DNA from: Penicillus capitatus
Taxonomy: Eukaryota > Plantae > Chlorophyta
NCBI GenBank assembly: GCA_965649825.1
Contig: OZ287695.1
Span: 1,787,288 to 1,851,287, forward strand
Direction: 5' to 3'
Length of the DNA stretch: 64,000 nucleotides
Both the position numbers and the translations under genes were made by a program. Of the stretch, positions 36,430 through 50,328 are shown piece by piece. The notes beneath the pieces are model-generated. The model saw only the letters and a program-made list of their open reading frames with translations, ran no database searches and had not been told where the DNA came from. Position 1 is the first letter of the stretch, and every line of letters starts with the position of its first letter.

Positions 36430-37000
36430 TCATCTCTAGAAGTCTGCGAGATAGTTCGAATGCACCGCGCCATGGATGAACAATAGCATGTCGAATTGTC
36501 CTGGCCGTGCGCTCCGACAGTTGATTTCTGCTCTAGTCTGCGCAGCTAATGTTGAATCGGACAGACTTCGTAGCCCGAGCAGACGGCAACGTCCAACGCC
36601 TTCGACGCCGCATGCGAACAAAACCTGAACCATGAGTCCACGGCCGTTTACCGTAGCTGAAGGTCTTTTCGGTTCCGCCGTCCATGTTCGAGGGAGTTTT
36701 GGTCGTCGGCCACTCCCGAAGACCGATCAAACTTCTCTGTAAGATGCTAGCGTTTCTGAATACGCCTCTGACTCGCGCCGCCAGATTCGCAACGGGAATG
36801 TACGTTTCTGTGGTCTCGTGACAGACACTTCCTGCGTCCGTTGCCTCGCGTGATCTTCGAGTAACGGCTGCAGATCGCCTGACGTGTGCCGCTGCCGTCG
36901 AACCGCAACCGACGCGGTATTTGACAGTCCTGTTTTCATATCCGCCGCGCATTCGCATTCTGAACCCTCGGCTGCCTTTTCTGCTAGCATCGTTGCTCTT
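36430..37000 (-). repeat. Diverged copy of the ~22900-23400 segment upstream of the RFC1 fragment
   Basis: Shared core ccatgttcgagggagtt...gtcg..c.actcc.ga..ccgat at ~23065 and ~36680. Confidence 0.55.
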
Positions 37001-37321
37001 GAAGATGGCCGACGCCAGAGGGTTTTTCTACGAAGACTACACGTTCCCCGGACGAGAGTAAGTTCTGCAAAACATCCTGTCGACGCGCCGCACGACTCAG
37101 GGGTCTCCGCCGGTTGCGTGGTGTGGACGTTTCTCCATGAGACTGCATCCCTGCGAATCCGGCGGCTCTGACATCTGAACGCACGCGACTTACGACATGC
37201 CACTGTCGATCCTGTTTTCCGAAGCGAGTTCCCTTTCCCTGTGTTTGCCCCACTTGCCTCTTGCATCATGACTGCTTCGTTGAGACACTTGATGCTCACC
37301 AGCTTTGTGCTCTGCAGTTTC

Positions 37322-38056
37322 ATGGACCTCAGCATCGAAGAGGTGATGGGGCCGGACGCACCAAGGGCGTTCCAAGACCTCTTGCCGTATCAGAGGCGAC
37401 GCCTTTACCGGGACATCAGGGCCCAGAGCGGCGAGAACAAGAGACGCGGTGGGGAGGAGGAGGAGCCCTCGGACGAGCCTGGTCCGTCTAACGACCGATC
37501 TGGACAGGCTCGTCGGACAATGAGGCGCGCCAGACGCCACACCCTCTCCTCCGGGCAGACGAGAGGTGGTCCTGTTGCGGACATGGATGCCGATGTCCAC
37601 GAAGAGGTAAGCATCCCACATACTGAGTACTCACTTCACGGTTTGTTCTCACAGGCTCGTACATCGCCCTCTCTTGCGACCTCATCTCCTCCGCCCGCTT
37701 CTCCTCCGCCTCCTTCTTCTTATCCTCCTCCCCCACCACCTCCTATTCCTTCTGCTATTCCTCTTCCTTCTCCCTCGCTTTTCCCCACACGTCCGCAGCA
37801 ATTCTCAATTCCTTCCAACCCCCCACCCTTCCCATCCCGTTTTTTCAGATACTCCATCCCTTCCAACCCTCCACCCTTCCCATCCCGTCCCCATACCTTC
37901 TCTATTAACTGCTCACCCTTCCCGCACCGACCACATCTCTTTTCCATTCCCCATGATCAACCTCGCATTCAACCCCGCCCAGAGTTCTACTCCATTCCTT
38001 CCTCTAGCAATCCACCAATCCCGCCTCGGGTATTCGTCTACTGCATTCCGGTTTGA
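37322..38056 (+). CDS. Pro-rich protein with PPIPPR-type repeats (copy C)
   Basis: MDLSIEEVMGPDAPRAF...AQSG; canonical 48-nt intron 37607-37654 (GTAAGC...CTCACAG); C-terminal repeats nearly identical to copy B. Confidence 0.65.
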   Translation: MDLSIEEVMGPDAPRAFQDLLPYQRRRLYRDIRAQSGENKRRGGEEEEPSDEPGPSNDRSGQARRTMRRARRHTLSSGQTRGGPVADMDADVHEEVSIPHTEYSLHGLFSQARTSPSLATSSPPPASPPPPSSYPPPPPPPIPSAIPLPSPSLFPTRPQQFSIPSNPPPFPSRFFRYSIPSNPPPFPSRPHTFSINCSPFPHRPHLFSIPHDQPRIQPRPEFYSIPSSSNPPIPPRVFVYCIPV

Positions 38057-38059
38057 ACT

Positions 38060-41000
38060 CGGCGAGTGGTGAGTTTCTCACGTTGTCATTTTTTTATTTT
38101 CTGGTTGGTCTTGGTTTTTGGCTGGGCCTTTTTTGGTTTTCCTCTTGTCTGCGAAAAATTAAAAAAAAAAATAAAAAGTTTTCTTCTCGCACACCTCACT
38201 TTTTCAACTGAGGGTTTTCGCGAAAAAAATAAAAAATAAAAAAACATCTCGCTTTTCTTTGTTGTCGTTAGTCTGCCTTCCACCCTCGCTCTGTTGTGGT
38301 CGGCGCTGTGTTTTGATAATTTACTGTGAGACTTCTGTCGCTTAGCACACTTTTGCTGTTGTGTTCCTGGTTTTCTTTGTCCTTTGAGTACCCAGTAAGT
38401 GAATAAACTGTACAACTGGCGAAGGCCTTTCGATGCATGGACGACTGGAGCCTAGTATTGAATCTCAACGTGCAATCTGGATGTCCATGATCCGTAAGGT
38501 CTCGTACTGCATGCTCTAATCTAGTGTTGGCTGTCTGATCAGACTATGGAGTTCTGCCGTGGAGAACTGCGAGATCCAATTGGAGATCAGAAGAAGACGG
38601 ACGAAAGAGGCCTTTGTAGAGAGAGATAGATCAGGCAACCATTGTCCGTCGGAGCTTCACCTCGCTTTCATTTCACAGAGCATGCATGGAATTTGGAAAT
38701 GCAGAGAAGCACCATCGGATACTTCCTGAGAGACTGGACCTGATTCTGCATTGCGCTTACAGAAGCAGTAAATCAATTTCGGCAAGAGCAGAAGTGTGAC
38801 CAAGACGAGACATCGACTGGCTAAACCTTGCGAGAAAAGAATGTCAAGCCTCACGCCTGGATGGAATCGAAGGAAGACGGATGATCTTACATCATGAACA
38901 TTACTCTGGCATACACAGTTTGCTGGCAAAGCGATCCCGACGCAGAATCATCTGATATGTTCTTACAGTAAGACTTGTCCTGTTTTCCAGATGATCATGT
39001 TTCGGACCATGCAGAGATGCCTTAAGCAAGAGGAACCCGAACATTTCCAAAGAGGGAAAGAGAACTTCGGATCAACGGGATTCCGTCAACTGAACACGTG
39101 AATCATAAAGGTGATAGAGTCAAGATGCCTGGCCTGCATCATCTGAATGACCTCTGCTTGCTTAGGGAAATGCAAAACGAACATCATTCTGCCAGAGATG
39201 TACTCAGGGTGATGATTCAGGGATAGTGTTTCAGCAGTCTGGGAAAGCAGCGCGATGCACGGCGGCGTTTATCTGAGGGTATTAAGGACATTTTCTTCAG
39301 CGCTGTGGACAACCGGTGCTCTGGAGAGAAACTTCGTCTACAGAGAAGAAGCATCTCTGAAGCTCGAAAGTGCCTCGGTTCAGATCCTGTCGCTCGCGTC
39401 GATATGACGATCTGAGGACGTCTGTCGGAATAGCCTCCGTTCTCCACGCTTCGGGTGAGGTCACATTGTTCTGGCACTTGCAAGGCTTCGTGAATCCGCC
39501 ACTGATTGCAAGAGAGAGACATGGCACTCGCCAAAGCAATGAGCGACGGATGCCTGCGTTGGACTGAAGTTCATGGGTCGATCGCATCTTCAGTTCGGCA
39601 GTGGAAAGTAACAATCACTCCTCGAAGAAATCTTGTTGCTTGCGACAGGTTAGTCCATTCTTCACTCTTCCTAGCAGAACACTTTCACTGTCCGTACAGA
39701 GATAAGATGAAGCACACTCTGCCAAAGGAGTACGTCCCGCAAGACATTGGTCATGGAGGAGACCGAAACCATGTGGCATAGGTAAACAGAAAAAAGAGTG
39801 ATCGAACAAGACAACTGTATGCCAGAGCTACCGTGCTTCGTATCAAACGGCATGCACTCCGAGAAATGAGAAAGCACCAGAGTGAGTGCCAAAATCGTTG
39901 TCTGAGTTGACCTTACCTATCCGGTCAGCAATGGATGAGTGACGCTCCTTCGAGACACTGGTTGGATGCAAGGAGAAATCATCGATTGAAGAAGATTGAA
40001 CATCGTCTGCTGATCTTCTTTTTGATGCTCAAGGTTTGCAATGCTGCTGACTTCACTGCTGTGACATTTGCATGCTAGGGTGAAGTTGCTATTCAGTCGA
40101 TGAAGACCTGGGCATCCCACAAAAGGGATATCGCAGATGAGATATGTAAGGCCTGAACTCGGCTTGCCGGATCAGATTGGTAACTGGGAAGAGGATTCGC
40201 TGCTTCAAGAGTGTGTCATTTGAGCGTTCTCTTCCATGGACACTCTTGATGCACATCGTTTTCATGTACTATTCCAATAAACTATCTTCCGTACTGAGCA
40301 TTTCGTTCTAGGAGTCGCCTGATTGAGGGAACAGCCAGAGATTACTCATCCTGACGACAAAACTGGAGAGGATCACTTTCAGATTCCCGATGCACACATG
40401 CGGAGTTAGTTCATCTTTGTTAATCGATCGAATTCTGATTTCTGGTGTTGTTCTAGAATGGACAAGATGGGTGACCGGATGACACCGACTCAGTTCAGCT
40501 GAAAGCCAGCTCCCTTCGAGTTGTAATGGGAGTTTGGAGCTCAAACCTCGCCTCTGATGAATGAACAGCAAGGCAATCGTTTCTGCCGAGCACAGACACG
40601 ATGAAGAAGAAGCATCGATGCGACAGTGAAGAAAGAGTGTCTGGTGCCGATGTCCTAATAGTGGCGAAGAAATGTTATTCTGGAGCCCGAATCCTTCTCC
40701 GACGCATAAAACCCTCGCTGTCGTATCGATCAAACAGAAAGTGGTCCATAAGATCTTCACGGTGAGCCTCCCTCCGGTTTCTAAACAGGTGATGACTCAG
40801 TTGATGCAGAGATCGTTGCACTACAGACAAGACAAGACGCTGGATTGTAGTGGACGAGAAACGCAAGGTGTTGAGATCCGACCGTCTGCCATCTGATCCG
40901 TATCGTAGAGAAGATCAGTATATCTGATAAGATTTGCCTTGATCCTCTGGAAAGACAGAACGGTCCTTCCTGGGCGCAGCAGATTGCACCAGGGCCACAA

Positions 41001-43490
41001 GGCATCCAGCCATGCTTTCGAGTGTCGTTCTTCCAAAGCCAGTGGATGCCTTCTTTCAATGACATGGCGACTCAGCACACTTCAGAGAACTGGATCACAT
41101 TCTCCAAGATGTCGAGTCCATCCAAGGCGGAAGCTGTCTGTCTTCTTGTAGACGCTGCAGTTGTTCCGAGTCCATTCATCGACCAAGACAAACCACATCA
41201 AATAAAGCCTGAAGACCATATGCAGTGAAATCTGGCCGGAGAGATCACATTCCTCCAACTGCAGCTTAAGATTGAGAACTCTCCCGGAAAAGTGATGTCC
41301 CCATAGCCTTTTGAAAACGCAGACGCCTTCGAAGAGATGACAGAATCTCCAACCGGACAAGAATCCAGCGAGCGTCGAAGCGAGGCAGATCATCCTGATG
41401 AAGCCCTAGTGCACAATCACAAGGGATATCTGGAATGTCTTTTTGCTCCCATCCGGTCAAAACAAGCTGGTAGAAGCTAAGCTGCCATCCATCGTTTCTT
41501 CCAGCGCTGGTGGAGAAGCAGTGGGATTGTCCCTGTGGACACAGTGCTCGTGCGATCATGTTCTGTCAGACAGCAGAGATGCATGCATGTCTGTTGGAGC
41601 ATGTTGGAGCACGCAAGGCTGGAAGAAGGGATGCGTCTGAATTTAGCAGGAGTTTCTCCTCCAAGTGTCAGCACAATGTGGACGGCGTCACAGTGTATAG
41701 TGGCAGGAGTCCCTTCTTCCCTGGTGGCTGATATGCTGGAAAGCAGTATTGCTCAGTCAGTCTGTCGAAGAAAGCTGTGAATGAGATTCGGGTCTGGGCT
41801 AAGCGGTGCAATCGACCACACATGTCCTCCCATCTGGAAAGCAACAACGTCCGTCCACTTGAAGGATGCAATTGACAGGTTAGTCCATCTTCGACATTCC
41901 TTCCCTGAGCTGTGTTGTAGTCTTTGCCGAGATGAGATTAAGTATAGTTAGTCTGTTGGTGACATGTGTCACAGCAGACATGGCTTGAAGAAGAGCCTTG
42001 GATAAACATACGTCTATCCACAGCTTAGAACGCTCACTCATCTCATCTCGATCTTCCCTTACAAGCACCAAGACAGGAACTGCCACGAACTCTGGAGTGG
42101 TAGGAGACAGAAGTCACGAAAGACAACCATCACCTGGAAGCCTGACGACAATCGCCACTGAGCAAGAAACATTCTCGGTTGCCTCTGGGGCGAACTGTGG
42201 AGACCTGACCAGTCAAAATGGCTCCATTCTCCGCTCCTGCCGACAGCACAGCCGTGAGAATTCTCGTGAAATCCATCAAGTAAGGATAAGATAACCCGTC
42301 ACAGTTCTCGATGAGATGTGTGATGACAGATCTAAGATGGCATACAGGCGGGGCACCGAGAGGACCCAAGGTTTCCAGTCAGCAGTGGGCAGAGTGAAAA
42401 AGTATGAGTGACTCATCTCAAGGTCCAGTGCACCACACCTCTACACAACTGATGCATCCCAGCACTTCTCCACCCCGAGGCAGCGGCGTCGCACTCCCTC
42501 GCGGCACCAGCGGGTAGGGCCTTGGCGACCTGTCCGCCTTTCTCGGTCGCGCACATGAGGCAGACAGGTGTACGCTGTAGACGAAAGGGGGCAAGTGTAA
42601 CTCTCGGGCACCCAGGACCGACTTTCTTAACATCTCTTCTCCCTCCTGGGTGTCGTTTGTGTCTCCCCCTGCTTGCTTTTTGCTGTGTTTTCCTGTTTCT
42701 TGCTTTCTCCTTGTCTGTTGCTTACCAGTCTCCTCTGTGTCTTTCGTAATCGTCTTTGTCTTTTTTTATTATGATTTGCCTGTATGCGCCCGTTCAACTG
42801 TGTTCGTTATTTCCTTTTCTTTGTGTTAGCCTGTTTGCTTTTCAGATGTCAAGGTTTCGTGAGTTTACACCGAGTGTGATGCCTTCTCTTGTACATGTTG
42901 CTCTCCTTTTTCCTGTCGATGTCCATTTAGGCACACAGTTCTTTCCTTATTCTGTATCTTTACAGTTTCCATGTTATTTTCTTCATTGCCTTTTTGCTGT
43001 TTCCTGTTATGTTTTTCTTGGGGTCCAGTTTTACCTTCTTTGATGTCGTGGGCCCTTTCCTGCATGTCCGCGCTGCGCGCCGCCTGATCGAGAGCCGCAC
43101 AACTGCCTCCAAGTAGTCGATTATCGGCTGCATCTCGCTCTCCTCGCGCACCTTGATCGGACTGGTGCAGTGCTCGTTCAGGGTAACCTCCCGCGCCGCA
43201 CTTCGAGGCGTCGCTTGCCGGACCGTAAGTGTCCCTTCTACAAGAACTCACCCTTCTCACTCTTTTTTTGCAGACCATGTGGCGGGGTGGGCATCTTTTC
43301 CTTTATCGCCTTCACCTCTCACTCTTTTCAATCGGAGATCACACTTTCATGATGAGTGAGTGAATGGTATGGGCAAGAATGCCTTGAGCAGTTGGTATCT
43401 CTTAGTTTTTTTTCATGCATTTGAGTTGCGATTGGATGACAGAAAGTTAAGTCGTCCTGTAACACTCTATAGCTGCTGATGCTGCAGGAA
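38060..43490 (-). mobile_element. Degenerate DIRS-order retrotransposon, copy C
   Basis: RT start PAYQPPGKKGLL, FYQLVLTGW..PDI; RNase H-like RIDASS...LEGSWLSAEL; YR-like HSFLARFSQSMSRLG..RW; colinear with copy B; boundaries approximate. Confidence 0.7.
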
Positions 43491-44368
43491 AAGTTGCGCT
43501 ATCCTTTGCTTCCTGCGTTCTTTGTTGCATCTCACCAAACATGGAGTGTATGCTTGATGCGCTCAGTTGCGGACAAAACAGTCCGAACTCTTCCTTACAG
43601 TACCATAAATCGAACACGCCTTTGCTCCTCTGTTCGTTTTTAGACGGTGCAGTAGCGCAGCCAACACTATAAACCTGGCTCAAACTTTTGAACCATCATA
43701 AAATTGTTACAATGGATCATGGAATAGGACTTGTAGTCATCTGCTCTGATAAAGATCACTGTTCCTCTGTTTGACTTTACAACAAGAAAGAAAGTTCTTT
43801 TGAGTACGCCTGAGGTCCAGTAGAAAGCAAATAGACGGTGAACAACAAAACAGAGTCACACCGGGAACTCTTCATGGATGTTAAATGTAATGGTCGCAGT
43901 CAGGATGCTAGGCTATATCGAACGATCGAGACTATGCTCTCGCAGGCCGTCCAAACTGCCCAATCGTTGTGACAGACATCTCCTGGCTGCACAACGGCGA
44001 AGCGAGTATACAATTGCTTTGATTCTTTAAAGCAATGGATCTTCGTGCGCGGTGGTGGTCATTTAATTCTCAAGATCCATCTCTTCAATCGCGGTGTCAG
44101 AGACAAACAACACGACGACAATAAGAGACGACATTTCGTGTCCAGCGAGTGTCCTGTATATGTTCCTCTTGCTATTTTGGTGTTGACCTTTGATGCATCA
44201 AGGCTGGCTTCTTCAGTATTCACATCAGTAGGGACGGTTTTGTTTCGAACAAGAGCCCGTCCGAGACCCATATCGACCTTCGCATATCACGACGTGCATT
44301 CGGCGAGTCATTGCCGTACATCTCGGCGAGGTGACGCTTGTCGATGCGATGACAGAATAGATTCCGCG

Positions 44369-47300
44369 ATGGATGCAGCTCTGGGCGCGATTGTTCGGCT
44401 GGAACACGACATTCTTTCAAGCGACCGTCAGAAACACCTCGGCTCGTTGTTAGCGAATTTGTGCAAACGGATCGAAGACGTCGGCAGACAAAACGACAAT
44501 CTCTCCACGCTCAGTGCCCGGCAAAAGCGTCAGTTATGGAGTCTGCGAGGGACGCTTTGGAAGGCGACGGAAACGCGCGAAGCGCATGACGTATCGTTAA
44601 CTGCGCTGCTACGTTGTCTCTGGGATCTGCACGTTCTGTGCCAGAAAGTCGGCCTCTTTGCTAATCATCTCGATCTCGTCTCCGCTCAGTACAATATCGT
44701 CAAGAAACTCATCGAAACGGAGTTTGTGGCCGAAGCCATGTCACGAGCGGAATCTCTGTACGCAGACGTCGCCAAATGGGATGTGCCATCCGACACTGAT
44801 GACCTGCGTCGACATCATGAACATACAAACAGTTCGAACAAATCTGTGAAAGTTGCCTTGACCGTGTGCATGACCGTCCTTACCTGTGGCAGTCATGAGA
44901 TGAAGAAAGACTGGGGAACGGAGAAACTGGACGTTTGCGTTCGGGCGATCGAGAGCTTTGAGTTCTGGCTTTGCCGTGGCGCAGCGGGGATGACAACGGA
45001 ATTTGGATCGCTTCTGGCCAGTCTATTATACTACACTGAACGAATACTGATGTGCGCTTCAATCTACGGCCACAGTGTCAAGTTCAAAGGAAGCATGTGC
45101 AAGTGGATATCTCTTGTTTGCTGTTTTGTACGCCTATGTGTCCATGCACGACACTCCTCTTCTGCAGGCGTCTCTGCCTTTCTAGCGAGTGTCCCGATGG
45201 AATGTCTGGGTGATGTCTGTTGGCAATGCTCTCGTTGTTTGGCCACTCGAGTCGAAACGCAGACAGAAGGGATGAAGATGATGAACGCATTGCTGCGCAG
45301 ATGTCTAAAATCGGATGCAGCTTACCGAGAGGCCAAACGACTGTTGAAACGGTTTCTGAGTCTGGAAGTGAACGAAACAGCACATCTTGCTGCAGCAAGT
45401 GTGGTGCAGGTCATGATTTGTTTCGCTGTGTGCACGACCTCTGGCAATCCCGTCTGTTTCATTGGCGATGACACTGCTGCCATGATTAACAGATCCATCA
45501 TCCGATACGAAGAGGACAGGGACATCTCTGAAAAGGACGTCATGATCGTCCTGGAAGCCTTGGGTCAGCTGAACTATACCATCAAGTTCCAAGCGCAGTC
45601 ATCCATACAGTGGTCAGACAGTGGAGAGATCGGGCAATGGGTTGCACGCGTTTTGACACGTTTTGTTCCCATTGTGCTTTCTTCGCGACAACTGGATGCG
45701 TTTCGTTCCATTCCTACAGATAAAAGACGTCTGCTCTTGAGTCAAGCTGGCATGGCCATCTTCAAGGAAAAGATGATTCGACCCAGCGAGACATCGCACG
45801 ATCATACTCGCATCTGGAGTTTGATGCAACTGCTTTGGGACGAAGCCGATTTCGGGAGTGTGACAACATATAAGGATTTGCCGCACGATATCCGCGTCGT
45901 GGTTGATAGCGGAATGAGCTGTGCTGCTTTGATGAGGAGTGAGGGAAAGTGTGAACGGGCACTGGAATGCTATGGAATGGTGTGCGATTTGTGCAGTTTC
46001 GTTCAGAAGTATGCCACTGCTAGAAACAATATCCCAGTTTCTTGCCTTTCAACCAAACTCACGGGAATTACGTATCAGGCTTGCAAGGAAATGATGGGGG
46101 CCGGGAAACACAGGAAGGAAGGACTGGCATTTCTGGAGAATTCCGTTGCGCACTTGCTGGATACCTTTATGGAACATCCCCTCAATGATATCCAGAGAAT
46201 CGTTCAGCTCTACTGCAAATTTGCTGTCAAGGTTGCCCTAGAGTGCTATCCTGTAGAGATCGGCACCCTGACTGCGAGAGTGACACAAAAAGCGCCTGGA
46301 CTTTTGCAAACGCCTGAAAGGATCGCCCGGCTGTTTCGCATCGAGATGTTCGGCTGGATCAGAGCTTTGAGTCGATCAGATGCCTGCGCATCTCACGCTC
46401 CCAACCCAGAACAGTTGTCCGTTGCTGAGCACGTCTTGGAACAAGTTCCCAACAAAACGTTGGGCATATGGATGAAAACGATCTCTGCTGCCTACTCTTT
46501 CTATGTTCAGGGCATGGACATGGCACAGACCATAAGGTTGCTCGAAGACATTTGCCGTGTCTTGGAGCCAGGATGTGCACACCAGATGTATGCGAAGGAG
46601 ATCACAGCATTGTGCCATTTCTTGTTGTTTCTTGTCAAGGCCGCAATCGTCCTATCAGATCTTGCAGGCATCGGGAATCTTTGCTGAGGTCTGCTCCTGA
46701 GAGGCATCTTTATTCTTGTAGGCAATGAGATGAGTGGAGATCGCACACATACGCTGCGGATAGACACCGTTGATCTGAATGATGCCGTGAGAATCTGGAG
46801 AAAGATCGTTGCTTCCGGCGAACCTGTCTTGGATCCAGAGATGGCAGCGCATCTCCTGTGCCAATGCCGCTTTCTGGCGCACAGTCGCTGCTGGCTCAAA
46901 ACGGAAGAAGAGTTGACAGACGTCATCCAAGCTTTGAGCATTCAATTTGACAACAGATTAACAGAAGCAGCCAAAGAGCGATGCAACAAACAACTGCCCA
47001 TTCCGTATCTCTTACAGTGCACAAGGCTGGAGATCATAGCCACGGAGAAGGACCTGAGTCATCTCGTAGACGATAAATCTCCTGAAGCTTTCCAGAGAAG
47101 AGTATCTCTGCTGTTAGGTCTGACGACATGGTATATGAAGCATGGTGATATTCTGAAAGCACGGCAGTTTGTGTCAGATGCCCGAAGGTTTGCACTTGGC
47201 CTATTGAATTGTCTATCTGAAGCGCAGCTTCCGTCAAAATCATTTCGCAATTTCACTGCTGAAGACATGTGGACAGCGCAAGGACTCTATGCTCTTTGCT

Positions 47301-50196
47301 TGATCCTGATGGCCGAGATCTCGATGGAGTTCGAAGAGTTTACCGAAACGCATTTCTTACTGGAGGAAGCGACAAAGCTGATAAGAATCATGGGAAGCAC
47401 ATCACTGTTCTGCATCGTCGAGCAGCTTTCGGCCCGACTGAACGTTGAACAGGGCAAACTGTCCTGTGCCCAAAGCCAACTGGAGACTTTGACGAAAAGT
47501 ATGTCATCCGAAAAGATAGAGATAAAGTCAGGAAGCCATAAGAGTCAGTTCTACACCAAGCTGTTGATGAAGAGTGCGTTGCTGCACGGAGAGATTCTCC
47601 AGGAGATGCATGAATCTTCACACGCCTCTCGTGTTCTGAGAGAAGCGCAGACGATCAGCCAGTGTGTGTATCGCCCTTGTTGGCGATTCAGATTAGTAAA
47701 CATCATGTTGGCCTGTCAATTCCATCGCCTTGAAGGCTCTTTGACGTTCACAAGATCTATTGCTCTCATCATGGACTACTTGAATACCGTGGGGACGCAT
47801 GAGATCTCCACCATCGACATTTCTGACTTCATAAGTCTGGCGATGGATGGGTTCGACTCGACACTCGGCGTCGTGCATTCAGATCTCTATCTCTTTGGGA
47901 GTCTGCCACTGACCGAGCAATTCCGTGCCAGTTTGGATTTGGGTGGAACAGCTGTCCAAGATCTTTCAGGGCTGAAGTCGAAGATGCAATCGTTGTGGGA
48001 GCATCGACAGCCAGAAACCAAACCCATCATAGACATCCTGCAGTTTGTTGTCGATGATGGACTGGAGACCAGTGACCTCGTGAAAATTTTGCTGCTTTTG
48101 GTTGCATGGAATGCATGTACCAACGTCCGTCGCTTGCTGCACAGAGTCTCAAGTCATCTAGGATATCTCTTGGCGACTGGTGGCTACCTACATGCCTCAG
48201 CTTTCTTCTTTGTGTGTTCTCTGGGTAACGGCATCCGTCTTCAGTTGTTACATAACCTGGCAAAGAAATCTTCTTATCTATCCGACACGGAGCAGTTGAG
48301 ACAGTCGCTGACACTTCAGCCCTTTGACATTCATACCGATCCTCGTTTAATGGATCGCCTCAATGAAGAGTGCCGCAGAAGATTGGATGTATTCCTTCAG
48401 GTGTGCGCATCTGAAGGGCCTCTTGTTTCTCTGAGGCAGTTGCCAAAAGCACTCTGGGCGCAGAGAATTGTGAAGAGATTGATCTTGGTGCGTGTCTCTC
48501 GAAACCGTTGTCCAATTGTCGCCCTGCTTCCAGAAGAATTTCACATCCCGGACGAAGCATCAAGGGTTGTGGATGGTGCAGCAGCAGGTGGTCCATTAAA
48601 AGAAAGGCCTGCCGATTTCTCTGCCGTTTTGCAGAGTCTTTCCGATATCTTGCAAGAGAACCGACAAAGCTTTGATCGAGACGCATCGCACGAAGACAGA
48701 AAGGAACTGGAAAACTGGTGGCGATCGCGTGTTCTGTTGGACCAACGTCTCAAAACTCTGTTGTGTTCGGTCGAAAGGACACTGGGTCCCTGGAAGCTTC
48801 TCCTTTATGGCGGTCCACTCAACGAAGTCATGCTCCATCACGCCCGGCAGTTTGTGAACGACATCTTATCGCTGTCCGATTCAGCAATCGGAAGTCAGCA
48901 GTCCATGGACATTCTCGTAGAGATTGTCGCCGTGCTGCTTTGTGGGTGTCAACACCTATCAGACGAAGATGTCACTCGGACGGCTGCGTTTTTTCGCCGC
49001 TTCTCCTGCGTTCAGGGAACCGCAGATCAGATCCTGTGGTTTTTCCATTCGGTGAGGAGTACAGAGAAGGATGGTACAACGACTCCATCTCGCATTTGCC
49101 GGACAGCCATCCGAAAGAGCAACAGAATTCGACGAATGCGGTCGACCATCAAGATGCCACCCGACAGAGCATTGCTGAGCGCATCTCCCCTTCCAACTCC
49201 ACTGCCTTACCCACTCGGAGACCACACCAGCGATCGATCTGTGTTGCCATATAAGGAGACTGCTGATCCGTTTATCACTCCACAGAAGCCATTGCACCGC
49301 CTGAGCCTTCTTCAGAGCGAGGTGAAAACGGATGTGATGTACGCAGAGAGGAAGAAGGAAGGTGGAAGGCATTTGTCACCAGTCATGCTCATCATGGACT
49401 TTCAGATTCAGCATTTCCCTTGGGAAAGCTTACCATCTCTCAGATCACAGAGTTTCTATCGTCTGCCCAATTTTCACATCGCCCACTATCTGTCATCCCT
49501 TCCATTTCATTCTACCCGAGGTGATGCTCGAGCACATTCAAAACTCTCTCTATCGAGTTCTGTGTCCAGGAGGATGCCGAGAAAGAAATCTGAATTCTGC
49601 ATTCTATATCCTGGACCCCGAAGGTGATTTGACAGACAGCCGTGTCACTTTTCAGGAGTGGTTCAAATCCATCCCCTCATGGGAGCAGATTGTGCCAGAT
49701 AAGGAATCCGATGCGTCAATGACTTGTCCAGGGGACATGCTGCGATGCCTTCAGACAAAGGATGTCTTTCTCTATTTCGGCCACAACTGTGGAGAATCTT
49801 TGCTTCGTCCAAAGGAGCTCAGAAAACACCTCATCTGTTCAGTGACGATGATGATGGGTTGTGGCAGTGGAAAACTGAAGAGTGCCGGCGAAGGATCCAT
49901 TCTCGAGTACTTGGCATCTGGCAGCCCTTGCTGCATTGGAAATCTGTGGGCCGTGTCCGATGCCGAAATCAACAGATTCTCCAAGCGATTGATACAGACA
50001 TGGATGAAAGACAGCCATTCAAGTAAGGGTCCCATCATTTCCTCGCGCATCTCATTTGTTTGATTGTGATTCAGTTGACATCGCTTTCGCAACGAATATG
50101 AGTCGCAACGCTTGTCGGCTGATGTATTTGATCGGTGCCGCTCCTGTGACATACGGCATTCCCAACAAGATATATTTCACTCCTGAGAGTTCTTGA
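44369..50196 (+). CDS. ESP1: Separase (peptidase C50), spliced
   Basis: C-terminal PVMLIMD..IQHFPWESLPSLR, FYILDPEGDL, YFGHNCG, MMGCGSG, GNLWAVSD, RNACRLMYLIGAAPVTYGIP; long helical N-terminus; start inferred at ATG 44369. Confidence 0.93.
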
Positions 50197-50328
50197 GTGT
50201 GTGTGATCGACCAGGAATCCGTCGACTAGATTTGATGTGTTTCAGACATCTTGATCGGATATGATTGTGGACATGGTGGTTTTGTTGGAGCCCAGTCTGC
50301 CGAAACATGTTCCGTTTTTGACACCAAA

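Noticed and set aside
44045-44368. N-terminal extension of separase from the GTG at 44045
   Set aside because: Non-ATG start, sequence not separase-like; probably UTR or intergenic read-through
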